NCBI GenBank assembly: GCA_903874585.1
Contig: CAIQSY010000091.1
Span: 1 to 48,594, forward strand
From: an uncultured Chlorobiaceae bacterium
GTDB taxonomy: Bacteria; Bacteroidota; Chlorobiia; Chlorobiales; Chlorobiaceae
DNA length: 48,594 nucleotides
Direction: 5' to 3'
In this document: piece by piece, positions 21,552-31,525 of the stretch
How the letters are laid out: every line of letters begins with the position of its first letter
Position numbering within the stretch: the stretch's first letter is position 1
Position numbers and translations under genes: made by a program
Notes under the pieces: generated by a model
Seen by the model: the letters and a program-made list of their open reading frames with translations, nothing else
Told to the model about the DNA's origin: nothing
The model's database searches: none

Positions 21552-23729
21552 TTAGAAAAACCACTGTAACTGTGCTTTGAGCAGTTTATCTTGGTAATCT
21601 GCTTGCGTTGCCCAAGTGTATTGCCCCTCAAGAACAGTGGATAAGCGGTTACTCCAGTCATGATGTAAAGCGGCATGAACTTGGTGGGCTATATTTCCTT
21701 CTGGTTCAAAACTGGCTTGATATGCTGTAGTTACATAAGTATTATTGACGCCATTGAACAGCTCATTATTAAAGTAATACTTTCCCTCTAACTTTGCTGT
21801 ATGTGTTGTGAATGAGTTCGGTTTCCAATATGGATAATGGGGTATTCCTTTTATATCTGAAAAACCGTAATTTTGTAAACGATAGCTTAGATGGAGTGAC
21901 CTTATTCCACTCATTAAATGAGCCGTAATATCTGCGCCTTTCGTTATACTGGTATTATTATCTGAATAGTTACCAGAGGCATAATCAGCACCAAGATGCC
22001 ATGCTCTATAACCAGTGTAAAGTACCCTTCCTTTCCACTGGTCACGTGTAATATTTCCCTTAAAAGTATTGGCATTGTCCATTACTTCCTCATGACGAAC
22101 GACAGCATTGACATGAACATTGTTTAGTGGTTCACTTTCTGCTTCGATAAAGCCGGTATGCTTGTCTGAAACCTCTTGATGATTTTTGTTAAAAGTATAT
22201 GCAGCACGTATTAAGCCATTTGGGAGATTTTTATATTCAACACCGGCGGTAATACTTTGTTTATTAAAACTGCCATAACCTTCAAAATCATATGATTGAT
22301 TATTGATAGTTAATAAGCCGGACAGGTTTTCTTTAAATGGGTATGAGAGTGAGGTATAGAGACCACTGTAACTGTAACTTCCATTGATTACACTTCCATC
22401 GATTACACTTCCATATTTAGCATCAACCTTCAAATATTCAGCTCCAGTAGTGACTATCGGGTTTGATGCGTAGAGTGTTGTTTTCTCCTTTGCCATCGCC
22501 GCTTGACGATGTTCTGGTGCATTTGCCAGCAGTTGATCGTATGTTGCTGCAGCTTTTTGCCACTGATTAGCTTGCATATACATCTGCCCTAAATCAAAAA
22601 GAGCTTCCTGTTGTTTTGGTTCTACGGCTAACCACTCTTGATATGCTTTTACCGCAAGTCTATACGATCCTCTGAAATACTCTCTTTTCGCCTTTGCTTC
22701 AGTTTTTAATGCCTTGTTGTTTGGATAAGCTTTTATGGCTTCATCATACGTTGCTAAAGCTTGGGTATATTTTGCCAGCCACCCTAAGATACGGGCTTTT
22801 TCTCTGTATGCTATCTCTTTGAAATAGCTCTTATTGCCTGATTTATTTTTGGTAATGAGTTTATCGTATTCTGCAAGCGCAAGCTTATAGTCATTATCTT
22901 CCCAACTTGCCATTTCTGCATTAATCAAAATAGCCTGCTCGTTATCTGGTGCTTGCTGAAGTATTTGACTGCTGATTTTCCGAGCGTCAGGGAAATCATT
23001 TTTCCGTAAGGCTATGTTTGCTTTTGCTTGAAGTGCCTGAGTGTCACCAGGAAAGCGTTTTTCAATAGCTATCAACAGTTTTTCAGCCTCAGCATACTCA
23101 CTCGCATCAGCTAATTTATAGACGGCATTAACAGCGTTTTCTCTCTTTATCTTGTTTTTCTCAAGCAACTCTTGATAGCGAGCTGTTGCTTTGGAGTACT
23201 GTTTTTCAATAAGCAAAACCTCTGCATATTCGTTAACAACCATATCGCTTGCCACTCCAGCACCTACCCCTCTATCATAGAGTTTCAGCGCTTCAGCAAA
23301 ACGACCTGTCCATTTATAAGCCTTAGCAGCTTCAAGACTTAAGTATGAATCTTTTGGATGTTGCTGAACTAACTTTGCATATAACGGGATTGTTTTTTCC
23401 GCATTTTTTAACTCTAAATAAGTGCGTGTGGCTTGCCTGAGAATTTTTTCATCATTTGGATACCACACAATGAGCTTATCAAAAAGCTCTCCAGCGTCTT
23501 GAAATTTTCCTGTAGCAAGTGAGTTTTCTGCAAGTGTACGAATCTGCAAACGATCAAGTGATCCTGCACGAAATAACTCCATCGAAATGTTTTTATTCGT
23601 GGAGGTTTGTTGCACGGTACTGGCTTTTTTGGTACGCGCATCACTTACTTGTGGGTCAGCTATAATTACCAAACCAGCTATAGTCAGTAGAAAAAATTTA
23701 CTGTGTGATTTCATAGTATTGTGTGGCAT
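21552..23729 (-). CDS. Exported TPR-repeat protein with C-terminal outer-membrane beta-barrel (BcsC/PgaA-like exporter)
   Basis: Signal peptide; ~400 aa of TPR-like helices; ~300 aa of alternating beta-strand pattern ending in LKAQLQWFF. Confidence 0.8.
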   Translation of the reverse strand: MPHNTMKSHSKFFLLTIAGLVIIADPQVSDARTKKASTVQQTSTNKNISMELFRAGSLDRLQIRTLAENSLATGKFQDAGELFDKLIVWYPNDEKILRQATRTYLELKNAEKTIPLYAKLVQQHPKDSYLSLEAAKAYKWTGRFAEALKLYDRGVGAGVASDMVVNEYAEVLLIEKQYSKATARYQELLEKNKIKRENAVNAVYKLADASEYAEAEKLLIAIEKRFPGDTQALQAKANIALRKNDFPDARKISSQILQQAPDNEQAILINAEMASWEDNDYKLALAEYDKLITKNKSGNKSYFKEIAYREKARILGWLAKYTQALATYDEAIKAYPNNKALKTEAKAKREYFRGSYRLAVKAYQEWLAVEPKQQEALFDLGQMYMQANQWQKAAATYDQLLANAPEHRQAAMAKEKTTLYASNPIVTTGAEYLKVDAKYGSVIDGSVINGSYSYSGLYTSLSYPFKENLSGLLTINNQSYDFEGYGSFNKQSITAGVEYKNLPNGLIRAAYTFNKNHQEVSDKHTGFIEAESEPLNNVHVNAVVRHEEVMDNANTFKGNITRDQWKGRVLYTGYRAWHLGADYASGNYSDNNTSITKGADITAHLMSGIRSLHLSYRLQNYGFSDIKGIPHYPYWKPNSFTTHTAKLEGKYYFNNELFNGVNNTYVTTAYQASFEPEGNIAHQVHAALHHDWSNRLSTVLEGQYTWATQADYQDKLLKAQLQWFF

Positions 23730-24249
23730 TTAGCTATCTCAGATACAGTTCTGATAAAATAGTAATTGTGCTTAATAGAGATGACTTTTTCCATTTGTAT
23801 CATGGTAAGTCATTCTAAAAAAAGTTTTATAAACACGTAATCTCGTTGTTGCCCTGCTGTTCCTTCAAAAAATAACACACCCACTCTGCAACAGGTGATG
23901 ACAATGATTCATTGAAGATATTGCAAGAACTGAACGAGCCTTTCCAGTATGGAATGGTGCATAAGTAATTTTGACTCTGCGTTCTGTTGTTACCTCCTTA
24001 ACCAATAAGGAGTTTTTATTATAGTACAAAAGGTTACAGAAATAAACAAAATTCACTTCAACATCAATGGTTTCTTTAGAGAGTCAAAGAGCAGTATTAC
24101 CACCGACTTATTGTTTATATTTCCTAATAACTCATTTTTTTATATAAAGTTGTATTCATTTGATGAGGTATCGTTTTCCGCAGGTTATTTAATTTCCTAC
24201 ATTAGTCAATAAGTAAAAATTCTTTGCATAAACCAAGAGAGTTGAATCA

Positions 24250-24648
24250 ATGAAAAATATGACGATTGCTGCTGTTCTTGCAGTAAGTCTTGGAGGTTGT
24301 ATGAGTGCATCTGACCATGCACGTCAATTGCCGTCATCTCATGAGCGCGATATGACGGTTGGTATTGTACAGCGTGATATCCGTAAAGGGATGACTGCTG
24401 CTGCTGTGGCTGAAGTGCTTGGTTCACCAAATATTGTGTCAAAAGATCGGGATGGAAAAGAGAGTTGGATTTATGACCGTCTCGCTACAGAAGCTGCGTA
24501 TTCTACGGGAAGTGGCGGGATTTTATCGCTTCTCATTGGTTCGCGCAATGCAGGTGCAGCCTCATCAACACAAAAGAGCTTGACGGTGATTATCAAGTTT
24601 GTGAATGGTGTGGTCAGCGATTATTCTTATCATAGCAGCCGTTTTTAG
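24250..24648 (+). CDS. Lipoprotein, SmpA/OmlA(BamE)-like
   Basis: Lipobox LGGC; IRKGMTAAAVAEVLGSP..ESWIY..LTVIIKF pattern. Confidence 0.75.
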   Translation: MKNMTIAAVLAVSLGGCMSASDHARQLPSSHERDMTVGIVQRDIRKGMTAAAVAEVLGSPNIVSKDRDGKESWIYDRLATEAAYSTGSGGILSLLIGSRNAGAASSTQKSLTVIIKFVNGVVSDYSYHSSRF

Positions 24649-24657
24649 GGAGTCACG

Positions 24658-25161
24658 ATGAGACACTTTATAATATTATTAATCTCATTTGTTCTATTGA
24701 CAGTGAGCGGATGTCAGACTGTGCAGCCTGTTGCGCCTAAAACTCAGCTTGAGATTCGTGAATTTCAAACACGAGTGTACGATGTAAGCGACATGAAGCT
24801 TGTGATGAAAGCGGTTATGAATACATTACAAGATGATGACTTTATTGTGCAGCAGGCAAATGTTGAGTTGGGGCTTTTGACAGCACAAAAGGAGCTTGAT
24901 GTGGAAAATCCTGCTGAGTCATTTTTTGCGCGAGCATTTACTAACCGTCCTGAGTATAAAAAGAACAGTGTTACTGAAGCATCGGCAAATATCACTGAAT
25001 TTGGTAAGCAGATTACAGTGCGCATCAATTTCAGGTATAAATTGTTGAATAATAGAGGTGCAGTCATGCGTGTTAATCAGATTGATGATGCACGTTACTA
25101 CCAAGATTTTTTTGCAAAGGTGGATAAGTCTGTTTTTTTAGGGAAGCAGAAAATTCAGTAA
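24658..25161 (+). CDS. Lipoprotein of unknown function
   Basis: Lipobox VSGC; GGGAG upstream; 9 nt after the previous gene. Confidence 0.75.
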   Translation: MRHFIILLISFVLLTVSGCQTVQPVAPKTQLEIREFQTRVYDVSDMKLVMKAVMNTLQDDDFIVQQANVELGLLTAQKELDVENPAESFFARAFTNRPEYKKNSVTEASANITEFGKQITVRINFRYKLLNNRGAVMRVNQIDDARYYQDFFAKVDKSVFLGKQKIQ

Positions 25162-25205
25162 CTATCTCAAATAGTCTCATAAAGGTATTATTTATTAGGA
25201 AAATC

Positions 25206-25733
25206 ATGTCGGAGGATAGTAGTAAAGGTTGTTGTTGTGGAATGAATTCTCCTGCTGAGCCTCAGGAGAAACGCCTTGGCTGGCATGAATATTTTATGAG
25301 TGTTGCTCGTTTGATTTCTCGCAGAGCAACGTGTACTCGTGGTCATGTTGGCGCGGTCATTGTTCGAGAGAACAATATTCTTTCGACTGGCTACAATGGT
25401 GCGCCATTGGGTTTGCCGCATTGTAACGAAAGCAATTGTCGTATTTATAAAAGCACCCATCCTGATGGTACCATTGAAGAGAATTGTGTGAATACTATTC
25501 ATGCTGAAATTAATGCGATTGCTCAGGCAGCTAAACATGGTGTCTCCATCAAAGATTCTGATATTTATATCACGTCAAGTCCTTGTATTCACTGCCTTAA
25601 AGTGCTGATTAATGTTGGTATCAAAACCATCTACTATGCTCAACCTTATAAAATGGGGAACATAGTAGAATTAGTGAAATTGTCGGGTATTCGTCTTGTA
25701 CAGGTAACTATGGAGAGTAATCAGCTGGAGTGA
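25206..25733 (+). CDS. dCMP deaminase (ComEB family)
   Basis: WHEYFM, RATCTR..VGAVIV, GYNG, HAEINAI, PCIHC. Confidence 0.92.
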   Translation: MSEDSSKGCCCGMNSPAEPQEKRLGWHEYFMSVARLISRRATCTRGHVGAVIVRENNILSTGYNGAPLGLPHCNESNCRIYKSTHPDGTIEENCVNTIHAEINAIAQAAKHGVSIKDSDIYITSSPCIHCLKVLINVGIKTIYYAQPYKMGNIVELVKLSGIRLVQVTMESNQLE

Positions 25734-25737
25734 CGTT

Positions 25738-26838
25738 ATGCCGATTTCCGATGATGCTTTTTATATGCGGCGCTGTCTGGAGCTCGCTCGGTTAGGTGCT
25801 GGTAAAGTGAGCCCTAATCCAATGGTTGGAGCGATTCTTGTGTCTCATGGGCAAATTATTGGAGAGGGTTATCATCAACAATTTGGTGGACCACACGCCG
25901 AAGTTCATGCAATTGCTTCTGTGGCTGATGAGCAGCAGTTTCGTGAAGCAACACTGTACGTTTCACTTGAGCCATGTTCCCATTTTGGTAAAACGCCTCC
26001 GTGCAGTGATCTCATTATCGAAAAAAGAATTCCGCGTGTCGTTATTGGTTGTCGCGATCCTTACGTCGAAGTTTCTGGGCGTGGCATTGCAAAACTTCAG
26101 TCGGCTGGTATTGTAGTTACTGAAGGGGTGCTTGAAGCTGAATGTTTCCGCTGCAATGAGGCGTTTATAAAAAGCCAAACGGTTGGTTTGCCTTTTGTGA
26201 TGATTAAGCTGGCTCAAACACTCGATGGTAAAATTGCTACATCGCTTGGCGCTTCACACTGGATTACAGGCGAAGAGGCGCGTCGTGAGGTGCACCGTTT
26301 GCGTAGTGTTTACGATGCGGTGTTGATTGGTGAGGCAACAGTTCGGGCTGATAATGCACATTTGACCGTGCGGAATTGTGCTGGGCGAAATCCTCTGCGA
26401 GTAGTGCTCGATCGTCGGTTAACTCTTTCACCTTCAGCGAAAATTTTTGATGAAGCTGCACCGACGCTTCTGTTTGCCTCTTCGGCGTGGGAAGGCTTGC
26501 CTGTTGTGGAGTTATATCGTCAACGAGGCGTTACAGTGCTTTTCGTTGATGAGCATTCCGGTGAGCTTGATTTGCGTCAAGTGTTGGAGGAGTTACATAA
26601 ACGTAAGGTTTTATCGGTTATGGTTGAGGGGGGCAGTCGATTAGCGGCATCATTTATTCGAGTAAAGTTGGTTGATAAACTGACTATGTTTATTGCTCCA
26701 AAGTTATTCGGCGGGGATGCGTTAAGCTCATTTGCTCCTCTTGGCATCAGTTTTCCTGAGCAAGCGCAGCATTTGCGTTTTGAGCCACCACAGTTTTTTG
26801 GAGATGATATTCGACTTGAAGCGTATATTCATGTATGA
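25738..26838 (+). CDS. ribD: Riboflavin biosynthesis deaminase/reductase
   Basis: SPNPMVG, HAEVHA, LEPCSHFGKTPPC, KLAQTLDGKIA, VEGG. Confidence 0.97.
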   Translation: MPISDDAFYMRRCLELARLGAGKVSPNPMVGAILVSHGQIIGEGYHQQFGGPHAEVHAIASVADEQQFREATLYVSLEPCSHFGKTPPCSDLIIEKRIPRVVIGCRDPYVEVSGRGIAKLQSAGIVVTEGVLEAECFRCNEAFIKSQTVGLPFVMIKLAQTLDGKIATSLGASHWITGEEARREVHRLRSVYDAVLIGEATVRADNAHLTVRNCAGRNPLRVVLDRRLTLSPSAKIFDEAAPTLLFASSAWEGLPVVELYRQRGVTVLFVDEHSGELDLRQVLEELHKRKVLSVMVEGGSRLAASFIRVKLVDKLTMFIAPKLFGGDALSSFAPLGISFPEQAQHLRFEPPQFFGDDIRLEAYIHV

Positions 26839-26915
26839 AATTATTGACTGAGGAGCAGTTATAACACAAACCTTGGGTCACCATGAAAAAAAAATTTGGC
26901 AAGAGACGAAACTCA

Positions 26916-27332
26916 ATGCTTGAGCGTTTTCTGAACAACAGCGATCTTGGTAAGTTATTTTTGCGGGCTTCAGTAGGCGTATTGCTGCTGTTTCATGGTG
27001 TCGATAAATTGCAGCATGGGTATGGTTTTGTCGAAACAGTGCTCGTTAAAGCAAAATTACCAACCTATCTGTCACACGGTATTCTGGTAGGAGAGCTTCT
27101 TGCTCCACTTTTAGTGGTGCTTGGTTTTTATACACGACCAGCCGCATTAGTGCAGGCTTTCGTGATGGTTATGGCAATTTACCTTGTTCATCCGCAAGAT
27201 CTTCTGTCATTTTCAGAGCACGGTGGCTATTCGCTTGAGCTGCAAATGCTCTATTTGTTTGGTTCATTAGCTGTTTTCTTTTTTGGTGCTGGGCGTTACA
27301 GTATTTCTCGTGGTAATGGATTGTGGAACTGA
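26916..27332 (+). CDS. DoxX family membrane protein
   Basis: [32 protein letters not shown]; ATG at 26916. Confidence 0.88.
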   Translation: MLERFLNNSDLGKLFLRASVGVLLLFHGVDKLQHGYGFVETVLVKAKLPTYLSHGILVGELLAPLLVVLGFYTRPAALVQAFVMVMAIYLVHPQDLLSFSEHGGYSLELQMLYLFGSLAVFFFGAGRYSISRGNGLWN

Positions 27333-27411
27333 ACGATAAAACTTATTATCGCGTTTTGTAGGACTTTGGTATATGACCGAGTTATCTTTTAACCTTTAGA
27401 CCAAATTTTTT

Positions 27412-27912
27412 ATGGCACAGATTACCTTGAAGGGCAATCCTTTTGAAACTGTTGGTACACTTCCGGCAACGGGTTCAGAAGCTCCATTTTTCTGTCTGGT
27501 GAAAACCGATCTTTCCGAAGCAGGTCCAGCCGATTTTGCGAGTAAGAGAATGGTGCTTAACATCTTTCCAAGTCTTGATACACCTGTTTGTGCTGCTTCG
27601 GTCAGGCGTTTCAATCAGGAGGCATCATCACTTGATAATACGGTTGTGCTGTGTATCTCCGCTGATTTGCCATTTGCACATAACCGTTTTTGTGAAACTG
27701 AAGGGCTGAAAAATGTTGTTGCACTTTCAACCTTCCGTTCACCAGAGTTCGGACTCAATTATGGCGTTACCATTGCAAATGGTCCACTCAAGGGATTGTT
27801 GTCACGTGCGATTGTTATTATTGATGCGGATGGTATTGTGCGCTATACTGAACAGGTACCAGAAATTGTTCAAGAGCCTGACTACAGCGCAGCTCTTCAG
27901 GCATTGGCTTAA
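27412..27912 (+). CDS. tpx: Thiol peroxidase (atypical 2-Cys peroxiredoxin)
   Basis: [27 protein letters not shown]. Confidence 0.96.
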   Translation: MAQITLKGNPFETVGTLPATGSEAPFFCLVKTDLSEAGPADFASKRMVLNIFPSLDTPVCAASVRRFNQEASSLDNTVVLCISADLPFAHNRFCETEGLKNVVALSTFRSPEFGLNYGVTIANGPLKGLLSRAIVIIDADGIVRYTEQVPEIVQEPDYSAALQALA

Positions 27913-27938
27913 TGTTTAGTCCAAAGCGTAGAGTAATT

Positions 27939-27968
27939 AAAGCCGACGGCATCTGTCGGCTTTTTTTA
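27939..27968 (+). terminator. Intrinsic terminator after tpx
   Basis: aaagccgacgg-cat-ctgtcggc followed by a T run. Confidence 0.85.
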
Positions 27969-28052
27969 TTCACGCAACGCTTATATTATTCACGCAATCT
28001 TGCTCTTGTTGTTTTCGTGAGTGATATTTTTATGATGTGAAAAAGTTGTGTC

Positions 28053-28706
28053 ATGTTTACTGGAATTATTAAAGATGTTGGACGGGTGAGGGGAGTCGCA
28101 AAGCGGCAAGGTGGACTTCGTCTCAGCGTTCAATATGGTAACTCCGACGCGTTCAGTAATCTCGCGATTGATGAGAGTGTCAGTATCAATGGCGCGTGCC
28201 AGACTGTTGTTGCTTGTGGAGATGGCTGGTTTGATGTCGATACGGTGGAAGAGACGCTTGCTAAAACCACACTTGGTTTGCTTCAGCATGGTTCTCTCGT
28301 TAACCTTGAACGCGCAGTTCGTCCTCTCGATCGCCTTGGTGGTCATTTTGTGCTTGGGCACGTTGATTGTGCTGCAACAGTACTGGAGGTTAAAGAGCTT
28401 GGCTCAAGTCGCGAAATCTGGGTCAGTTTCTCTGACGATTTTACCCCACTTCTTGTTTCTGCCGGTTCCATTACCATTGATGGTGTCAGCCTTACGGTGG
28501 CAAAACTTGAGGTATGTCGGTTTGCTGTTGCGATTATTCCCTTTACGTTTGCACACACAACCATCAATTCACTCAAAGCGCAAAGCAGGGTGAATCTTGA
28601 ATTTGACATTCTCGGTAAATATGTGGCTCGTCAGCTTGGTAGATGCCCATCTGCAGAGAGTATGTCAAAAGTTACCGAAACGTGGCTTCAGCAGCATGGA
28701 TTTTAA
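28053..28706 (+). CDS. ribE: Riboflavin synthase (alpha chain)
   Basis: MFTGII N-terminus, [31 protein letters not shown]. Confidence 0.96.
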   Translation: MFTGIIKDVGRVRGVAKRQGGLRLSVQYGNSDAFSNLAIDESVSINGACQTVVACGDGWFDVDTVEETLAKTTLGLLQHGSLVNLERAVRPLDRLGGHFVLGHVDCAATVLEVKELGSSREIWVSFSDDFTPLLVSAGSITIDGVSLTVAKLEVCRFAVAIIPFTFAHTTINSLKAQSRVNLEFDILGKYVARQLGRCPSAESMSKVTETWLQQHGF

Positions 28707-30049
28707 TGGCACGCCTCGATAACATGCAGTCCGACCTGTTCGGCTTCAGCGCAACTCCTGAAAAACGCGACTATTTTCAGCCACTTGCTGAACGAGTTCG
28801 TCCGCAGTCAATTGATGATATTGCCGGTCAAGAGCATCTTGTGGGTCACAATGGACCATTGCGTAAATTTATTGCCAGCGGGCAAATGCCCTCGATGATT
28901 TTGTGGGGACCTCCCGGAACAGGAAAAACTACACTCGCCTTGCTTTGTGCGGCATCGTTACACTTTTGTTTTGAACAGCTTTCCGCAATTGATGCTGGCG
29001 TCAAGGATGTTCGCAAGGCGCTGGATAAAGCCGAAAAAGCACGGCGTGCAGGTCAGCGCACTCTTCTCTTTATCGACGAAATTCATCGCTTTAATAAAGC
29101 GCAGCAAGATACATTGCTGCACGCCATCGAACAGGGGCTCATCATCCTCATTGGTGCAACCACTGAAAATCCATCATTTGAGGTTAATGGGGCACTGTTA
29201 AGCAGGATGCAAGTTTATATTTTAAAGCCACTTGCTTCTGCTGATATTGAGTCGGTTATTCATCGGGCGCTCAAGCAGGATGAACTGTTTCGCGGGCAGA
29301 CAATTGTTCTGGATGATCTTGAATTTCTCTTGCAGTTTTCTGGTGGTGATGCCCGCAAAGCGCTCAATGCCGTTGAGGCCGCACTCGCGCTTCTTCCTGT
29401 TGAGAGTAACCCTAACGTGTTGAATCGAGAACTGTTTGAAGCCGCATTACAACATAACGCACCGAAGTATGATAAAGGTGGCGAGCATCATTACGACACC
29501 ATTTCGGCATTTATCAAATCTATGCGTGGGTCTGATCCTGATGCAGCACTTCTTTGGCTTAGCCGTATGCTTGAAGGTGGTGAGGATCCTAAATTTATCG
29601 CTCGTAGAATGGTCATTTTTGCGAGCGAAGATATTGGTAATGCCGACCCTTATGCAATAACGCTTGCTCTCTCTGTTTTTCAGGCAGTTACCATGATTGG
29701 TTTACCTGAAGCACGAATCAATCTTGCGCAGGGTGTTACCTATCTGGCTTCTGCCCCAAAATCAAACGCAAGCTATCAAGGCATCAATGCAGCAATGAGT
29801 GATGCCAAAGCTCTACAAGATTTTGAGGTACCAATGCATCTGCGTAATGCACCAACCAAATTTATGAAAGCAGAAGGGTATGGTGCTGATTATCGTTATC
29901 CCCATAATTACCCGGAACATTTTGTGGATCAACACTATTTCCCGGACGGAGTGCCGCCAAAAGTGTATTATCGACCTGGCAATGAGGGGCGAGAAAAGTT
30001 TATCAAAGAACGCCTGACTCATTTATGGCATGAGCGATACAATAGTTGA
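28706..30049 (+). CDS. rarA: Replication-associated recombination protein A (MgsA/RarA AAA+ ATPase)
   Basis: [47 protein letters not shown]; ATG 28706 overlaps the ribE stop. Confidence 0.95.
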   Translation: MARLDNMQSDLFGFSATPEKRDYFQPLAERVRPQSIDDIAGQEHLVGHNGPLRKFIASGQMPSMILWGPPGTGKTTLALLCAASLHFCFEQLSAIDAGVKDVRKALDKAEKARRAGQRTLLFIDEIHRFNKAQQDTLLHAIEQGLIILIGATTENPSFEVNGALLSRMQVYILKPLASADIESVIHRALKQDELFRGQTIVLDDLEFLLQFSGGDARKALNAVEAALALLPVESNPNVLNRELFEAALQHNAPKYDKGGEHHYDTISAFIKSMRGSDPDAALLWLSRMLEGGEDPKFIARRMVIFASEDIGNADPYAITLALSVFQAVTMIGLPEARINLAQGVTYLASAPKSNASYQGINAAMSDAKALQDFEVPMHLRNAPTKFMKAEGYGADYRYPHNYPEHFVDQHYFPDGVPPKVYYRPGNEGREKFIKERLTHLWHERYNS

Positions 30050-30088
30050 ACGTCATTACAATACACTGTATTCCTTTTTTTTAACGTT

Positions 30089-31504
30089 ATGCGATTTATT
30101 CAATCTTTTCTCTGTAGAATTTCCTTTACACCAGAGTCGCGTAAGAGCAATCAATTTTTACGATTACTGATGGTGATTTTTTCTGCACTGGTGTTGACAC
30201 TACTATCCACCCCCTGTTCGGCAGTTCCGGCGGCAACATCTGCGCTAACCCTTGACGATGCTGTCCGTCTTGGTCTTGAAAAAAGCAGAACACTTGCAAT
30301 TGCGCGGCTTGATCGTGATATGGCTGGGCAAAAAATCAGGCAGACATGGTCAACCGTTCTTCCGCAAATTACAACAGGGGTTACCTACACTCGCACGTTA
30401 AAACCCTCAGTTTTATTGTTACCGCTCGATTCAGGTTTTCCCAGTGGTGAACTTAAAACAAGCTCTGATAATGCAGCTCGTGCCTCTATTGACGTTCGCC
30501 AACCACTTTTTAATGCCGCAGCATTTGCCGGGATCAGAGCGGCAAGCCTTGTTCGTAAAATAAGTGATGAAGCATATCGTGGTGCTGAAGCAACGGTGGT
30601 GACCGATATTAAACTTGCCTATTTTGATGTCTTGATTTCGCAGGAGCAGGTAACGCTGATTGAGCAGAGTATTCTTCGGTGGGAGCAGTCACGAAAAGAT
30701 ACAAGGGCGATGTTTCGGCAAGGTGTTTCTGCTGATATTGATACCCTGAAAGCATATCTCTCCGTAGAGAATTTACGTCCCGATTTATTGCAGGCACAAC
30801 ATCGTGTCGCGATTTCTATGACCAAGCTGAAAAACGCAATGGGTATTGCTGTTGATAGACCAGTACTGCTGAGTAGTCCGCTTAAACCTCTTATCTCACA
30901 GCTTCCTATGGATCTTGGTACTGCTTATCGAGAAGCACTTGATGCACGTCCTGAATTACGGCAACTCACCTTTCAGGTGGAAGCCGAAGGCGAAAATATC
31001 AATGTTGCACGCGCTGAGCGTTTTCCACTGCTTTCAGCCTTTGGTTCCATTGAATCGCAAACAGCATTTAATGATGGTGTTCGTGTTGCTGATTCGAAAT
31101 GGCCATCCTCTGCATCTGTTGGTCTTCAGCTTTCAATGCCTCTTTTTACAGGTTATCGAATCAGTTCTCAGGTTGAGCAAGCGAAAATTGGTCAATTACA
31201 GACACGTACTCGGCTTGAAGATCTCAAGGCAACAGTCCAGGCAGAACTTGAGATAAGGCTTTCCAATGTTCAAGATTCAAAGAAGCGGATTGAGGTACAA
31301 TCAAAAACCATCAGTGTTGCCGAGCGGAGTTATAAAATATCAGCACTTCGTTTTAAAGAGGGGATAGGTTCTCGGCTTGAATTGACTGATGCCGAATTGC
31401 AACTCAATAAAGCAAAAACTAACTATTCGCAAGCTGTGTACGATAATCTTGTTGCTATAACGCAACTTGAAAAAGCGTTAGGACGCAGTGGTTTGTTGCG
31501 ATAA
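30089..31504 (+). CDS. TolC family outer membrane efflux protein
   Basis: LTLDDAV, VRQPLFN, AYFDVL, LSMPLFTG, RFKEGIGSRLELTDAE; start codon uncertain. Confidence 0.9.
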   Translation: MRFIQSFLCRISFTPESRKSNQFLRLLMVIFSALVLTLLSTPCSAVPAATSALTLDDAVRLGLEKSRTLAIARLDRDMAGQKIRQTWSTVLPQITTGVTYTRTLKPSVLLLPLDSGFPSGELKTSSDNAARASIDVRQPLFNAAAFAGIRAASLVRKISDEAYRGAEATVVTDIKLAYFDVLISQEQVTLIEQSILRWEQSRKDTRAMFRQGVSADIDTLKAYLSVENLRPDLLQAQHRVAISMTKLKNAMGIAVDRPVLLSSPLKPLISQLPMDLGTAYREALDARPELRQLTFQVEAEGENINVARAERFPLLSAFGSIESQTAFNDGVRVADSKWPSSASVGLQLSMPLFTGYRISSQVEQAKIGQLQTRTRLEDLKATVQAELEIRLSNVQDSKKRIEVQSKTISVAERSYKISALRFKEGIGSRLELTDAELQLNKAKTNYSQAVYDNLVAITQLEKALGRSGLLR

Positions 31505-31525
31505 GCTGGGCGGTGTTCGAGAATA

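Noticed and set aside
22379-22414. 15-bp tandem duplication in the TPR-barrel gene (GSVID/GSVIN)
   Set aside because: Small in-frame loop duplication with no evidence of function
23730-24249. c-di-GMP riboswitch or leader upstream of the glucan operon; hairpin ctcctta-accaa-taaggag near 23994-24012
   Set aside because: No recognisable riboswitch consensus by eye and no start codon at proper spacing from the SD-like arm; an Rfam scan is needed to exclude it fully
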